A stretch of DNA of 64,000 bases from Candidatus Doudnabacteria bacterium (GCA_016788665.1 JAEUSF010000001.1:48222-112221); one strand, 5' to 3'; positions 19,022 through 27,659 are shown, counted from the first letter of the stretch. The notes: generated by a model from the letters alone, not told the origin. Made by a program: numbers and translations.

Positions 19022-19049
19022 AAACCCGTCACTTGTGTGACGGGTTTTA
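19022..19049 (-). terminator. terminator hairpin
   Basis: aaaacccgtcacttgtgtgacgggtttt. Confidence 0.7.
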
Positions 19050-19053
19050 TAGC

Positions 19054-19746
19054 CTATTTGGCAATAGCTAATTGCGGAAAGGTTGTAAGATTAGAATTTT
19101 GGGTTGCCATATAAGCTGCCAAAGTTCTTTCTTCCTGCGCAAGACTGGTTAATGCCATAAGTTCGGCGTACTTTTTTTTGGAACCATTTACCCAGGCATC
19201 AGATCCAGGGTAAACATAAATTCCGCGCATTTTTTCGAAAGTTGTATACTTTTCTTTATAAATAGGTTTCTCAAGAAGTTTACACATGTCTACAAACCAA
19301 TCTAACTTGGTCTTGTATTTTCTCCAAGCCGGATGACCTGGTTCTACGCCAATACCGCTACAGTTGTTGTCAGCACAGCGTCTTCCGAAGTTGCTTTCTA
19401 CCCAGGAAATAGCTAATGCACGCTGCCATTGAGGCTGCTTTGTAATTTCGCTTGAATAGGCGGACAACGGAGAATTATGGTCTTCTAAATAGTCTTTAAG
19501 TCGAATTGTTAAAGGATCGTTACTAGTAATTTCTTCTATAGTAAGTAATTTTTGGTTTTCGTCAGTACTGTCTTTAAACAGGACTGAGGGGTCTTGGATA
19601 TTAAAAACTAAGGCAGTTTTATTCTTAGAAGTCTGGTTAGCTAAAGCCAGATGAGGATTCATGGCTGGCAATAAAGCTAATATAGCGACCAAAGCGCCAA
19701 AGGTGCTCTGGTTAATGGCAGACTTTAAGTTGAAAAGAGCTTTCAT
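19054..19746 (-). CDS. secreted hypothetical protein with signal peptide
   Basis: N-terminal signal (ALVAILALLPAMNPHLALA). The ISWVESNFG segment weakly resembles lysozyme-like/glucosaminidase folds; this is a low-confidence functional guess. Confidence 0.45.
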   Translation of the reverse strand: MKALFNLKSAINQSTFGALVAILALLPAMNPHLALANQTSKNKTALVFNIQDPSVLFKDSTDENQKLLTIEEITSNDPLTIRLKDYLEDHNSPLSAYSSEITKQPQWQRALAISWVESNFGRRCADNNCSGIGVEPGHPAWRKYKTKLDWFVDMCKLLEKPIYKEKYTTFEKMRGIYVYPGSDAWVNGSKKKYAELMALTSLAQEERTLAAYMATQNSNLTTFPQLAIAK

Positions 19747-20118
19747 TCTTATATCAGACTCCTTTCTTCCCTCTTGCTTTGAGTAAACAAAACAAGGTTG
19801 ATTATTTAAGGAACATTAGGTCCAGTAATGGACCAACCCAAACCATTCGACACGATTATTTATATAAAAGCAATATGGTCTGGGTAAATAAAAAAGTGCA
19901 GGTAGCACTTTCTTAATGTAAGTATACGCTTTTTAGCGCTTTTTTTCAAGCCCTTTTTGTCTATTTTTAGCTTAAATAAGCGAAAATACATTTATTTAGT
20001 TTTAAAAACAGCCAAAATCAGCCCTCTTATATAAGCCAAAATCTGACTAAGTTTAGAAAGGGAGAATTGTGTTCAGATAGTGTTAAATACCTTTACTTAA
20101 GCCAAAAGGCAAGGCGGA

Positions 20119-20769
20119 CTACAAAATTTTTATGTCAATTTCCCCATAGCTTTTAACAACTATATCGGCGTTTGCAATTTTTTGGGTTTCGAATGTGGTT
20201 CCAAGCCCCACGCAAAACATGTTTGCGCGTTTTGCTGCCTCTATACCTCTTGGTGAGTCCTCTATTACCACACATTCTTCTGGAAGCGAGCCCGTTTCTT
20301 TGGCGGCAAAGAGAAAAATAGCCGGGTCTGGTTTAGATTTGTTTTCTACTTTTGATATGCCAAATACCTTATTTTCAAAAAGTTTAAAGAGGCCAAGCTT
20401 TTGGTCTATCATTTTAAGAAAATCGTCGTTCGATGAGGTAGCTATGCAGGTTTTAAAACCCAGTTCCTTAATTTGTCTGTAAAAGTCTAAGAAACCGGGT
20501 ATAAACCCGATATTGTTTTGAAAGCTTTGGTCGAGGAGGCTTTTTCTTTCTCCATACAAAGTTTCTAGGTCCCCTGTAAAATTATATTTTTCTTTTAGAA
20601 CTCTAGTACCTTCTTTAATTTCTCTGCCCACCAGCAAGTCTTTTATTTCCTCTAACTTATAGGCAGTCCCGTGTCGCTTTAGAAATTCAAAATCTGCTTT
20701 CATGTAGACTTTTTCGGTGTCTACAACCACCCCGTCCATATCAAAAATTATTGTTGTATATTTTGGCAT
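20119..20769 (-). CDS. HAD-IA family hydrolase (beta-phosphoglucomutase-like phosphatase)
   Basis: Motif I IIFDMDGVVVDT; motifs II-IV (S/T, K, DD) present. Confidence 0.75.
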   Translation of the reverse strand: MPKYTTIIFDMDGVVVDTEKVYMKADFEFLKRHGTAYKLEEIKDLLVGREIKEGTRVLKEKYNFTGDLETLYGERKSLLDQSFQNNIGFIPGFLDFYRQIKELGFKTCIATSSNDDFLKMIDQKLGLFKLFENKVFGISKVENKSKPDPAIFLFAAKETGSLPEECVVIEDSPRGIEAAKRANMFCVGLGTTFETQKIANADIVVKSYGEIDIKIL

Positions 20770-20881
20770 AAAAATAGTTTAGCAGAAGCTGGTAAAACAA
20801 AAAAACTCCCATTGTTAGTTTTTAGTCCGCTTTATTCTTTGTCTATAATTAATGAGATTTAATTGAATAATAAATTATTTA

Positions 20882-21376
20882 TTATTTTTGAATTTTAAAG
20901 GAAGCAGCGCTTTGCCCCGCAGTTATTATATTATTACCGTTTGCGGAATATAATTGTATGCCTAATTTATAATCTCCGGGTTTTACGGAGTGGGTTTGCC
21001 AATTGGAACAGACTAAAAGCCCGTCCCACTTGAAGCTGGTTTTCGAATTTGCCAATGCTGTTGCGTCGCCACCTTTACTGCAGTCTGAATTGTTGGTTAT
21101 GCTGCCTAAAGCTTCCTCGCCGTTAGACGAAAGGAGTCTAAGATAAATTGTCGCATTCGTAGGAGGGTTTAACACGCTCCAAGACAGTGGTATATCAGCG
21201 CCCTCTCCTTGGGTAAATATTGAACCGCTTGGTAATACATTAGAAATCATGGCTTCAGGAGTTGTGGACGCGTTTTGGTTGACTATAGATTGTTTTTGAG
21301 TTTGTTGGGTCAAGCCGCACCCTGCTCCTAACACAGCAATTATAGAAAGAAAAAATAATAATTTTTTTATAAACAT
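20882..21376 (-). CDS. putative lipoprotein / secreted protein
   Basis: Preferred start MFIKKLLFFLSIIAVLGAGCGLTQ has a signal peptide and lipobox-like LGAGC; the ORF-track N-terminal extension to 21493 is unlikely. Confidence 0.5.
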   Translation of the reverse strand: MFIKKLLFFLSIIAVLGAGCGLTQQTQKQSIVNQNASTTPEAMISNVLPSGSIFTQGEGADIPLSWSVLNPPTNATIYLRLLSSNGEEALGSITNNSDCSKGGDATALANSKTSFKWDGLLVCSNWQTHSVKPGDYKLGIQLYSANGNNIITAGQSAASFKIQK

Positions 21377-21671
21377 GAGTATGTGGTTATATGACCTAAA
21401 CTTTACGACATTGAAAGTATAACAAAAAACTTTTGGTAGTAACAGGTGTTTTGAAAATAGCAAACTCCGCGTCCGGAAGGTTGTTGGCCGCACTAAATTT
21501 GTGGAAATAAATTACCAAGCAAGCTTGGGACCACTTTCGTTTGATTCCTCTTTCACGCCATAAACTAAAAGAAATCGCCCCACCCATAAAGGGTGAGGCG
21601 TTTTCTTTTGGAGCTGCCTAGTTAAGGATGTTAGAACTATGGTTATGGGAAACAGTAAGTCCTTAGAGGTG

Positions 21672-23948
21672 TTAAAATTTTTCTTTTAAAGAATAAAACA
21701 TGTCATCAATTTGTTTGTACTCGGAAGAATCAGTACTCGACGAAGTTCTATAGTCTTCTGGGTCTATATCCACATATTTTTCATTTTCTAGCTCATGTAC
21801 CTTATGCTCTAGCTGTTTTTCAATTTCTTTAATATCAACTTCTAACTCCTCGCTTATTTCTCTAAAATCAGTTTTTAAATCCTCGTAGGAGCCTTCAGAA
21901 ACGTAATCAATTTCGTTTTCTAGTATATCATTTATTGAACTTTTTATTTCATCAGACAATTTAATTTTTTTATATTCCTCGGGAAAAATTTCCGCAAATT
22001 TAATAAAATATTTTACATCCTCAATTGACTCCATCGTTTTAGAAAAGAAATCGACAATGCCAGTTTTATCAAATTTGGTGAAAGGAGCAATTATTTCTAG
22101 TATATCAATATAAAAATTTTTATCTTCCCCTTTAATTTTATTATATTCAATATGTCCAAATATTTTAAAAACAAAATTCTGCCATTCCAAATCTTCGTTT
22201 AAACTCAAATTATTGATTGCTAATTTGAGTTTATATAAAATACTCGTCGACCTCCTAGCCCAATAATAAATAGCGTCAGCGCTAAAAGAATGTACAGTTC
22301 TTATCAAATGAGAGATTTTAAAATCAGAAAGTCCATTTTTTATATTTTCTTTAATTGTTTTAACTTGTTTTTTGCTTAGGATTATTTTTTCATTGCTCTC
22401 TTCATTAACCGAAAAAACTGTAAAAAATTGATTCAAAAAAATAACGTTCGTGATTAGGTCGTCAACTAAATCGGAATCTCTTTTTAGGTAATTTAGCAAA
22501 AAATCTTTGATTGAAGGATTTTGGAAGTCAATATATATTTGACCTCTTCCATCTCTTTTTGAAGATATGAATGTATTTTCAAGCTCCTTAATAGAGTCTT
22601 TTAATGAAAAGGAGTTAAAAGTAAAATTGTATTTTTTTGAATATTTTTGGGCAAATTTTATAAATGCTTCCTTTAAATCTTCAAATAACGCTGGGCCTCC
22701 CATAGAAAGCAAAACCATTAGTAAGCATTTGGAAAAATTAGTAATTTGCTTTTCATAACTGTGTTTCCATATCAATTCAGGGTTGTCTAGGTAATTAATA
22801 AATTTGTCAAAAAATTTTAAAGGCTTTATATTTTCCCAAATGCTAGGATTTGTAATAGTTTCAATTATCCTAGGATTATAATTGGGATGGTTAATAATAC
22901 CCATATAGTTTTTGTCCTCAAGGATGTTTTCTATATAGGGCTTGCTTATGTTTGAAAAATATAGATGATTGTATAAAATTCTTGACTTAACAAGTTTATT
23001 ATATTTTGATAAATCCAAAATACATTTTGCCAATTGAAGATTTTTATTATCTAGGCGTTCATAATTTACCAGGGCTTGATTTAAAATATATTCTCTTGTA
23101 GTCAGAATTAAGATTTTATTTTTAGATTTATTAACCAAGTCAATAAATTTAATTATTCTTTCATCCTCGTTGTTAGATATTTTATTTTCTAAAAAATTAG
23201 TTCCCAAAAAATCATCAAAAAGAAAAATTTGTTTTCTTTCAGGATTTAGAGCCTTGTATCCCTCCCCAATGTTATCAGATAAGTACACAAAATCTTCAAA
23301 GTCATTAGCCAAAAAATGATATACCAGTATTCTAGCCAATGTCGTTTTGCCTATACCTGGTATTCCCGATATTATTACGTACTTTTTTTTACTTAAGATT
23401 TCGAGAGCTTCGTTATAACTATCGTTCTCAACATACACTTTAATATTCTCTTTAATTGATTCTTCCTCGAAACTCGATTGATTGTATACTTTACTTTGTA
23501 CCAACTTTTCAAGAATAGAAGTACTAGATAACCATAACTTGAAATGTCTTTTTTCTACATCGGGGAATTTTCCGAGTAAATTATTTAAATCGCTTCTGCT
23601 GAAGATGTCATTAGGAGAAATGATTATAGGCTTACATAAATCAAAAATAGTTTGTTTTTGTTTTCGTGATAAAGGTGAGGATGTTGTTAGTATATATCTT
23701 TTTGGTTTAAGTTTAATCGCTTTTCCGGCCTCTTTTTTTATATTTGAAATTAAGGAATTATAATTTTCGTATCTTTTACACTGCACAATAATTGTTTCCT
23801 CTTTGTCTTGATAGCAACGTAAATCAATTCCACCATCTCGACCAGCAATAAAACTTTCCAGACGAATATTAAGGAATTTTTGAAGCAAGTCCCTAGACAG
23901 AACCTCAAATTCAATCGACGATAAATTTAAAAAATTATAAATATCCAT
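21672..23948 (-). CDS. Avs-like antiviral STAND protein: N-terminal Mrr-like PD-(D/E)xK nuclease + STAND (NB-ARC-type) NTPase + helical C-terminal domain
   Basis: Residues about 10-70: FEVLSRDLL...GRDGGIDLR...IIVQCKRY (Mrr_cat-like, D...QxK). Walker A VIISGIPGIGKTTLARIL, Walker B KQIFLFDDFLG, then ILILTTREYIL (NB-ARC/STAND TTR motif). About 430 aa helical C-terminus. 3-nt gap to the upstream OLD gene. Confidence 0.8.
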   Translation of the reverse strand: MDIYNFLNLSSIEFEVLSRDLLQKFLNIRLESFIAGRDGGIDLRCYQDKEETIIVQCKRYENYNSLISNIKKEAGKAIKLKPKRYILTTSSPLSRKQKQTIFDLCKPIIISPNDIFSRSDLNNLLGKFPDVEKRHFKLWLSSTSILEKLVQSKVYNQSSFEEESIKENIKVYVENDSYNEALEILSKKKYVIISGIPGIGKTTLARILVYHFLANDFEDFVYLSDNIGEGYKALNPERKQIFLFDDFLGTNFLENKISNNEDERIIKFIDLVNKSKNKILILTTREYILNQALVNYERLDNKNLQLAKCILDLSKYNKLVKSRILYNHLYFSNISKPYIENILEDKNYMGIINHPNYNPRIIETITNPSIWENIKPLKFFDKFINYLDNPELIWKHSYEKQITNFSKCLLMVLLSMGGPALFEDLKEAFIKFAQKYSKKYNFTFNSFSLKDSIKELENTFISSKRDGRGQIYIDFQNPSIKDFLLNYLKRDSDLVDDLITNVIFLNQFFTVFSVNEESNEKIILSKKQVKTIKENIKNGLSDFKISHLIRTVHSFSADAIYYWARRSTSILYKLKLAINNLSLNEDLEWQNFVFKIFGHIEYNKIKGEDKNFYIDILEIIAPFTKFDKTGIVDFFSKTMESIEDVKYFIKFAEIFPEEYKKIKLSDEIKSSINDILENEIDYVSEGSYEDLKTDFREISEELEVDIKEIEKQLEHKVHELENEKYVDIDPEDYRTSSSTDSSEYKQIDDMFYSLKEKF

Positions 23949-23951
23949 AAA

Positions 23952-25913
23952 TTAAAGAGACTGGAATAAAGTAGTTATAACGCTAGGTATGTTTTGTTTG
24001 TCTTTAATTACAGATTTTATTAATTTGCCACTTTTTTCTCCCTTACTTGGCAGGCAGGCTTTTTTCTCTTTATTACTATCAAGATAAACTTTGTCACTTA
24101 GTAGCTTGTAAAACTTATGTTCTCTATCATTCTTTAAATCTTTTCTAATTTCTCTAAAAACACTCTCGTCATAATTAAGACCGCAACACTCTTTTAAAAC
24201 TTCAATCCAAACGCTGTCGTCTATGGAATCTTCTAAGTCATAAGTCCCAATCAAAGTAATATTTTTAGCGGATAAAGCTGAATCAGAGTCAAGCAGGTAA
24301 TAAACATGTTCTTCGCTTTTTTGAAAGTTTTTTAAAAGCTCTTCAAACATAGTTTTATTTTTTTTACATTCATCTTTCCCCCCTAGATTAATAAGTTGAA
24401 TTGAATCCTGCATTAGTGTTCTTCCAAAATACAACTCATAAAAATAAGGTATTAAAATTTCTTCGGTGGGTCCTTCTACACACAAAAATTTATCGTAAAA
24501 TAAGAAGTCGCTACTTTTAACTTTTAATGAGTTTAGGACATCTTCAACATTAGAGCATTCTAAAATTTCAGAATAACCATCTTTCAAAGTAAAACGTTTT
24601 ATATTTTTAATGTTCAGTCTGTCAACAAAAATTGTCGAATGAGTGCTAACAAAAACTTGATAATAACTTTGAGATAATTTTTTTAAAATATTATATAAAT
24701 CTCTTTGAGCAGCAGGGTATAGATGAATTTCTGGTTCATCAAAACACCATAGAAATTTTTTTCTAATATCTTCAGTCGTTATTTTTTGTAAACTTGCCCA
24801 TTTAATAAATGCAAACCAAATCTGTTTTTTTACTCCCTCTCCTTGTGACTCCAGTCTTATATCACCATCACTACTAGTTTTATTTATCATAATATCTGAA
24901 ACATTTTCCTCAATATTAAAACTAACTGCTGCTTTTATGGCAGTAATATTTGGGAGTTCTTCAAAAAGATTGCCGGCTTTCCCTGCAAGTTCTTGATTTA
25001 CTTCTTGTGTAACGGTTTCACTGAGTTCCTTTGCACTTGTTTGCAGCGTATTTTTATATCCTTCTATTTTTGAAGCCATTGAATCAGCCGCAAGTTTTTC
25101 GACATCTTTTAGAGTTACGTTCCAGTCAATATAACGACAAACTGGGAAAAACCCCTTATCTTTTTTTACAAAATCTTTGTGCTCAGCCCAGCTTAGCTCC
25201 ACATCACTTTTACTATAAATTGCCCTAATCAATTCAATGTTTTTAAATCTCCCTTTTTTATTTTCGTTTACAACTTCATCATTTGAAATATCCAATTCAC
25301 CCTTTTTATCTTTTAAAAAAGTTTGATTTTGACTCCAAAGCTGTAATGGATTCGATTTTGTTTCTTTAAGGCAAACAAAATATTTACCCGAGGAATTTTC
25401 CTTTGTAAATTGCTTGAGTATATATAGTTTATTTTCGGTTAAACTTTCTATGCTCCACTTAAGTATGTTAGTCGAGCTTTCGACAAAATCTTCACTAATA
25501 TCTTTTTCTTCAATTTTAAACTCCCCGATTATTGTCGTTGTGTTTTCAGTAAAATTAAAGATGGGTAAATTTAACTTTTCAAAGATTGAGTTATAATCTA
25601 ACTCGCTTATGCCCGTGTTTGAAATATCTGAAGTTAATTGGCCTTCTTTCGCAATATGAAAAGTACTATCCGTTTCTAATAGTAAACAAATGGCTTTTAA
25701 AAAAACAGATTTTCCAGCATCATTTATGCCAATGAAAACATTTGGAATATCCGGCTGTAAATCGACTATGACGTTTTTACAACTTTTGTAATTTATAATA
25801 GCCAAACGTTCTAAAATCATATTGATATTTTTTATTAAAGGCACCGCTGAATCAATTATAGGCTTAATTTTGCGAACAAACAAGTATAAATTTGTACAAT
25901 TTTTTAAGAACAT
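23952..25913 (-). CDS. OLD-family (overcoming lysogenization defect) nuclease: ABC/AAA_15-type ATPase + Toprim
   Basis: Walker A FIGINDAGKSVFLKAI; long coiled insertion; Walker B/D-loop LWCFDEPEIHLYPAAQ; Toprim glutamate FLCVEGPTEEILIP and DxD YLLDSDS. A probable true start is the internal ATG at 25818-25820 (MILERLAIINYK...). Confidence 0.85.
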   Translation of the reverse strand: MFLKNCTNLYLFVRKIKPIIDSAVPLIKNINMILERLAIINYKSCKNVIVDLQPDIPNVFIGINDAGKSVFLKAICLLLETDSTFHIAKEGQLTSDISNTGISELDYNSIFEKLNLPIFNFTENTTTIIGEFKIEEKDISEDFVESSTNILKWSIESLTENKLYILKQFTKENSSGKYFVCLKETKSNPLQLWSQNQTFLKDKKGELDISNDEVVNENKKGRFKNIELIRAIYSKSDVELSWAEHKDFVKKDKGFFPVCRYIDWNVTLKDVEKLAADSMASKIEGYKNTLQTSAKELSETVTQEVNQELAGKAGNLFEELPNITAIKAAVSFNIEENVSDIMINKTSSDGDIRLESQGEGVKKQIWFAFIKWASLQKITTEDIRKKFLWCFDEPEIHLYPAAQRDLYNILKKLSQSYYQVFVSTHSTIFVDRLNIKNIKRFTLKDGYSEILECSNVEDVLNSLKVKSSDFLFYDKFLCVEGPTEEILIPYFYELYFGRTLMQDSIQLINLGGKDECKKNKTMFEELLKNFQKSEEHVYYLLDSDSALSAKNITLIGTYDLEDSIDDSVWIEVLKECCGLNYDESVFREIRKDLKNDREHKFYKLLSDKVYLDSNKEKKACLPSKGEKSGKLIKSVIKDKQNIPSVITTLFQSL

Positions 25914-25953
25914 CGTAGTATAAATTTGATTATTTGATTAACTAATCAAGCTA

Positions 25954-26148
25954 ATGCAACACGGCGGACAAAGACCAAATTCGGGTCGTCCCAAAGGTAG
26001 TAAATCGAAAAATACCCTAGAGCGTGAAGCCCTAAGGCAATTTATATTTGACGAGGTTAAACGGAACCAAAAGAAAATTGTCGCTGCGTTAATCCGCCAA
26101 GCCACAAAAGGGCAAAGAAAAGGTGTCAGGTACAATTTTAGCAAATGA
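25954..26148 (+). CDS. small basic DNA-binding-like protein with phage terminase-small-subunit-type N-terminal motif
   Basis: MQHGGQRPNSGRPKGSKSKNT... (GRPKGS motif common in phage TerS/HTH proteins). Divergent from the OLD-STAND operon across an inverted-repeat operator. Confidence 0.4.
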   Translation: MQHGGQRPNSGRPKGSKSKNTLEREALRQFIFDEVKRNQKKIVAALIRQATKGQRKGVRYNFSK

Positions 26149-26209
26149 CCTTTCGGCTTCGCTCAGGCTCCAAAGAAAAAATTTCCAAAAAATGTGGAAG
26201 TTTTTTCTT

Positions 26210-26231
26210 TGGAGCGGCTAAGGGGAATCGA
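26210..26231 (-). repeat. 22-bp direct repeat of the tRNA-Gly 3' end (pseudo-tRNA fragment / att-like)
   Basis: tggagcggctaaggggaatcga is identical to 26418-26439. Confidence 0.8.
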
Positions 26232-26417
26232 CCCGCCCACGGTGGATTTTCAACTCCCTTTGGTTGTTTCAAATCTCACCTAACGCGGGCCCGTCACTAC
26301 CAAAAACTGCGCTCGCTCGCTTTTGGTTTCCGCCTTTGGCGGAACCGTTCCCGTTCGATTCCTCCAAGCCATTACAAACAAAAAATCCGATTACCGTAAA
26401 GGCAATCAGATTTTTTG

Positions 26418-26491
26418 TGGAGCGGCTAAGGGGAATCGAACCCCTATCCTCTCCATGGCAAGGAGAAGTTCTACCATTGAACCATAGCCGC
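26418..26491 (-). tRNA. tRNA-Gly, anticodon GCC
   Basis: GCGGCTA...TCTCC-TTGCCAT-GGAGA...GGGGG-TTCGATT-CCCCT-TAGCCGC-T-CCA. Confidence 0.85.
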
Positions 26492-26536
26492 AAGTAATAA
26501 CTATTTTATCAATTCTATTTAATTTGGCAAATTTTT

Positions 26537-26611
26537 TGGTGCCGCGGGTCAGGATCGAACTGACGACACGACGCTCTTCAGGCGTCTGCTCTACCACTGA
26601 GCTACCGCGGC
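26537..26611 (-). tRNA. tRNA-Phe, anticodon GAA
   Basis: GCCGCGG-TA-GCTC-AGTGGTA-GAGC...GACGC-CTGAAGA-GCGTC...GTCAG-TTCGATC-CTGAC-CCGCGGC-A-CCA. Confidence 0.85.
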
Positions 26612-26614
26612 TTG

Positions 26615-26847
26615 TTTAACTTGTTTTTTAAAAGCCTTCTTCCAGCTGCTGTTTTTAAATACAATTCTCTTTTTCTAGCTTCGTCGAATGTATTAAGTTC
26701 TTCAGTATAAACTATTTTAATATTTTCCATTCTTGAAGTGGTTTAAGTATGTCCGTATTTGTGTTCTTTAAGACGTCTTTCCAGATCCTTAGTCATTCCT
26801 TTGTATAGCTTACCATCTTTATCTCTCAATACATATACAGTATACAT
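26615..26847 (-). pseudogene. frameshifted GIY-YIG nuclease gene (second copy of the tRNA-associated cassette)
   Basis: Minus strand from ATG 26845-26847: MYTVYVLRDKDGKLYKGMTKDLERRLKEHKYGHT then stop. Shifted frames continue ..KPLQEWKILK.. and ..VYTEELNTFDEARKRELYLKTAAGRRLLKNKLNK, the same family as 18633-18878. Confidence 0.65.
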
Positions 26848-26862
26848 AGTTATATAGGTATT

Positions 26863-26929
26863 GGCGTCTGCTCCCCGCCCGACTGAACGGCTTCAGTCGT
26901 TCGGGCGGGTACCACTGAGCTACCGCGGC
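26863..26929 (-). repeat. truncated tRNA-Phe 5' duplicate (nt 1-20 + 37-bp GC hairpin + nt 21-31)
   Basis: 26910-26929 equals tRNA-Phe 5' end (taccactgagctaccgcggc). Hairpin cccgcccgactgaacggcttcagtcgttcgggcggg; then ggcgtctgctc matches the next 11 tRNA nt. Confidence 0.75.
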
Positions 26930-27072
26930 TCGTTTGGATTACTATGAGCCCGCACTACGCCTTGATTACATCTAGGCTTCGGCGCGCAGCCTTCGCAATA
27001 ATACAACTTTCGATAAATCTTCAAACTTGGTTTACGCTTTTTGGCGTAAGCCAGCCGAAGCTTTAGCGAAGG

Positions 27073-27149
27073 CTGGTGGGCAATAAAGGATTCGAACCTT
27101 TGGCCTTCTCGGTGTAAACGAGACGCTCTAACCAACTGAGCTAATTGCC
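27073..27149 (-). tRNA. tRNA-Val, anticodon UAC
   Basis: GGGCAAT...TCTCG-TTTACAC-CGAGA...AAAGG-TTCGAAT-CCTTT-ATTGCCC-A-CCA. Confidence 0.85.
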
Positions 27150-27341
27150 CGTAATAATTTCAATGCCTCAGAGACGAGACTTGTATAAGCAGATTTAATT
27201 TTATGACGCTTGTCCGCTATAGCCACTTAAGCGACAGCGGCGGAAGCTAATTGCCCTAAGTTTATATACTAAATGTTTTTTAAGCCACAAATCTTTTTTC
27301 GCCTGCTGTAATTAGCGTAAAAAACTTGCCCAAATACTATA

Positions 27342-27659
27342 TCAAGAAAGAGCTTTTTTAGCAAGGCTCTCGGAGAGCTTTGCTAGCGTTTCTATGCTGT
27401 CTTCCGGACTCGTTTTGCACTTTCTGGTTTGTCCGCAAATAAGGCATTTATGGGTTAGTATATATTCACCTTTTCTATATTCAACATGAATAGGTTCCAT
27501 TTGGCCTTCACATTTTTCTGCCCTGTCACCTGGGTTAATGTCCACGTGCTTGCTCCATAGGCATTGGGGACAATGATTGGTATAACCACTACCCTTAACT
27601 TTAGCTCCACAGTTTTTGCAAGCAAAATTTTCAATTCTTTTTTGAAACATTTTTACCAT
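27342..27659 (-). CDS. RNHCP domain zinc-binding protein
   Basis: FACKNCGAKV...GYTNHCPQCLWSKHVD matches the RNHCP (PF12647) signature. Confidence 0.65.
   Translation of the reverse strand: MVKMFQKRIENFACKNCGAKVKGSGYTNHCPQCLWSKHVDINPGDRAEKCEGQMEPIHVEYRKGEYILTHKCLICGQTRKCKTSPEDSIETLAKLSESLAKKALS

Noticed and set aside
21607-21628. ttttggagctgcctagttaagg as a possible third, degenerate copy of the tRNA-Gly 3' att repeat marking the distal island boundary
   Set aside because: Only about 60% identity to the 22-bp repeat, which could arise by chance in this composition. It is mentioned as a possibility only.
26232-26417. GC-rich segment with a GTTCGATTC T-loop-like motif (26353-26361); considered an extra tRNA, tmRNA 3' domain or selenocysteine tRNA
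   Set aside because: No acceptor/T-stem pairing can be built around the motif on either strand, and no tag-peptide reading frame or tRNA-like 5' end is present. It is better explained as foreign DNA trapped between the tRNA-Gly 22-bp direct repeats.
26145-26497. ORF-track ORFs 26145-26399(+), 26264-26497(+), 26269-26493(-), 26406-26597(-) and 26920-27135(-)
   Set aside because: They overlap tRNA-Gly/Phe/Val genes and the pseudo-tRNA/GC-rich segment. These regions are explained by RNA genes and repeats, not proteins.
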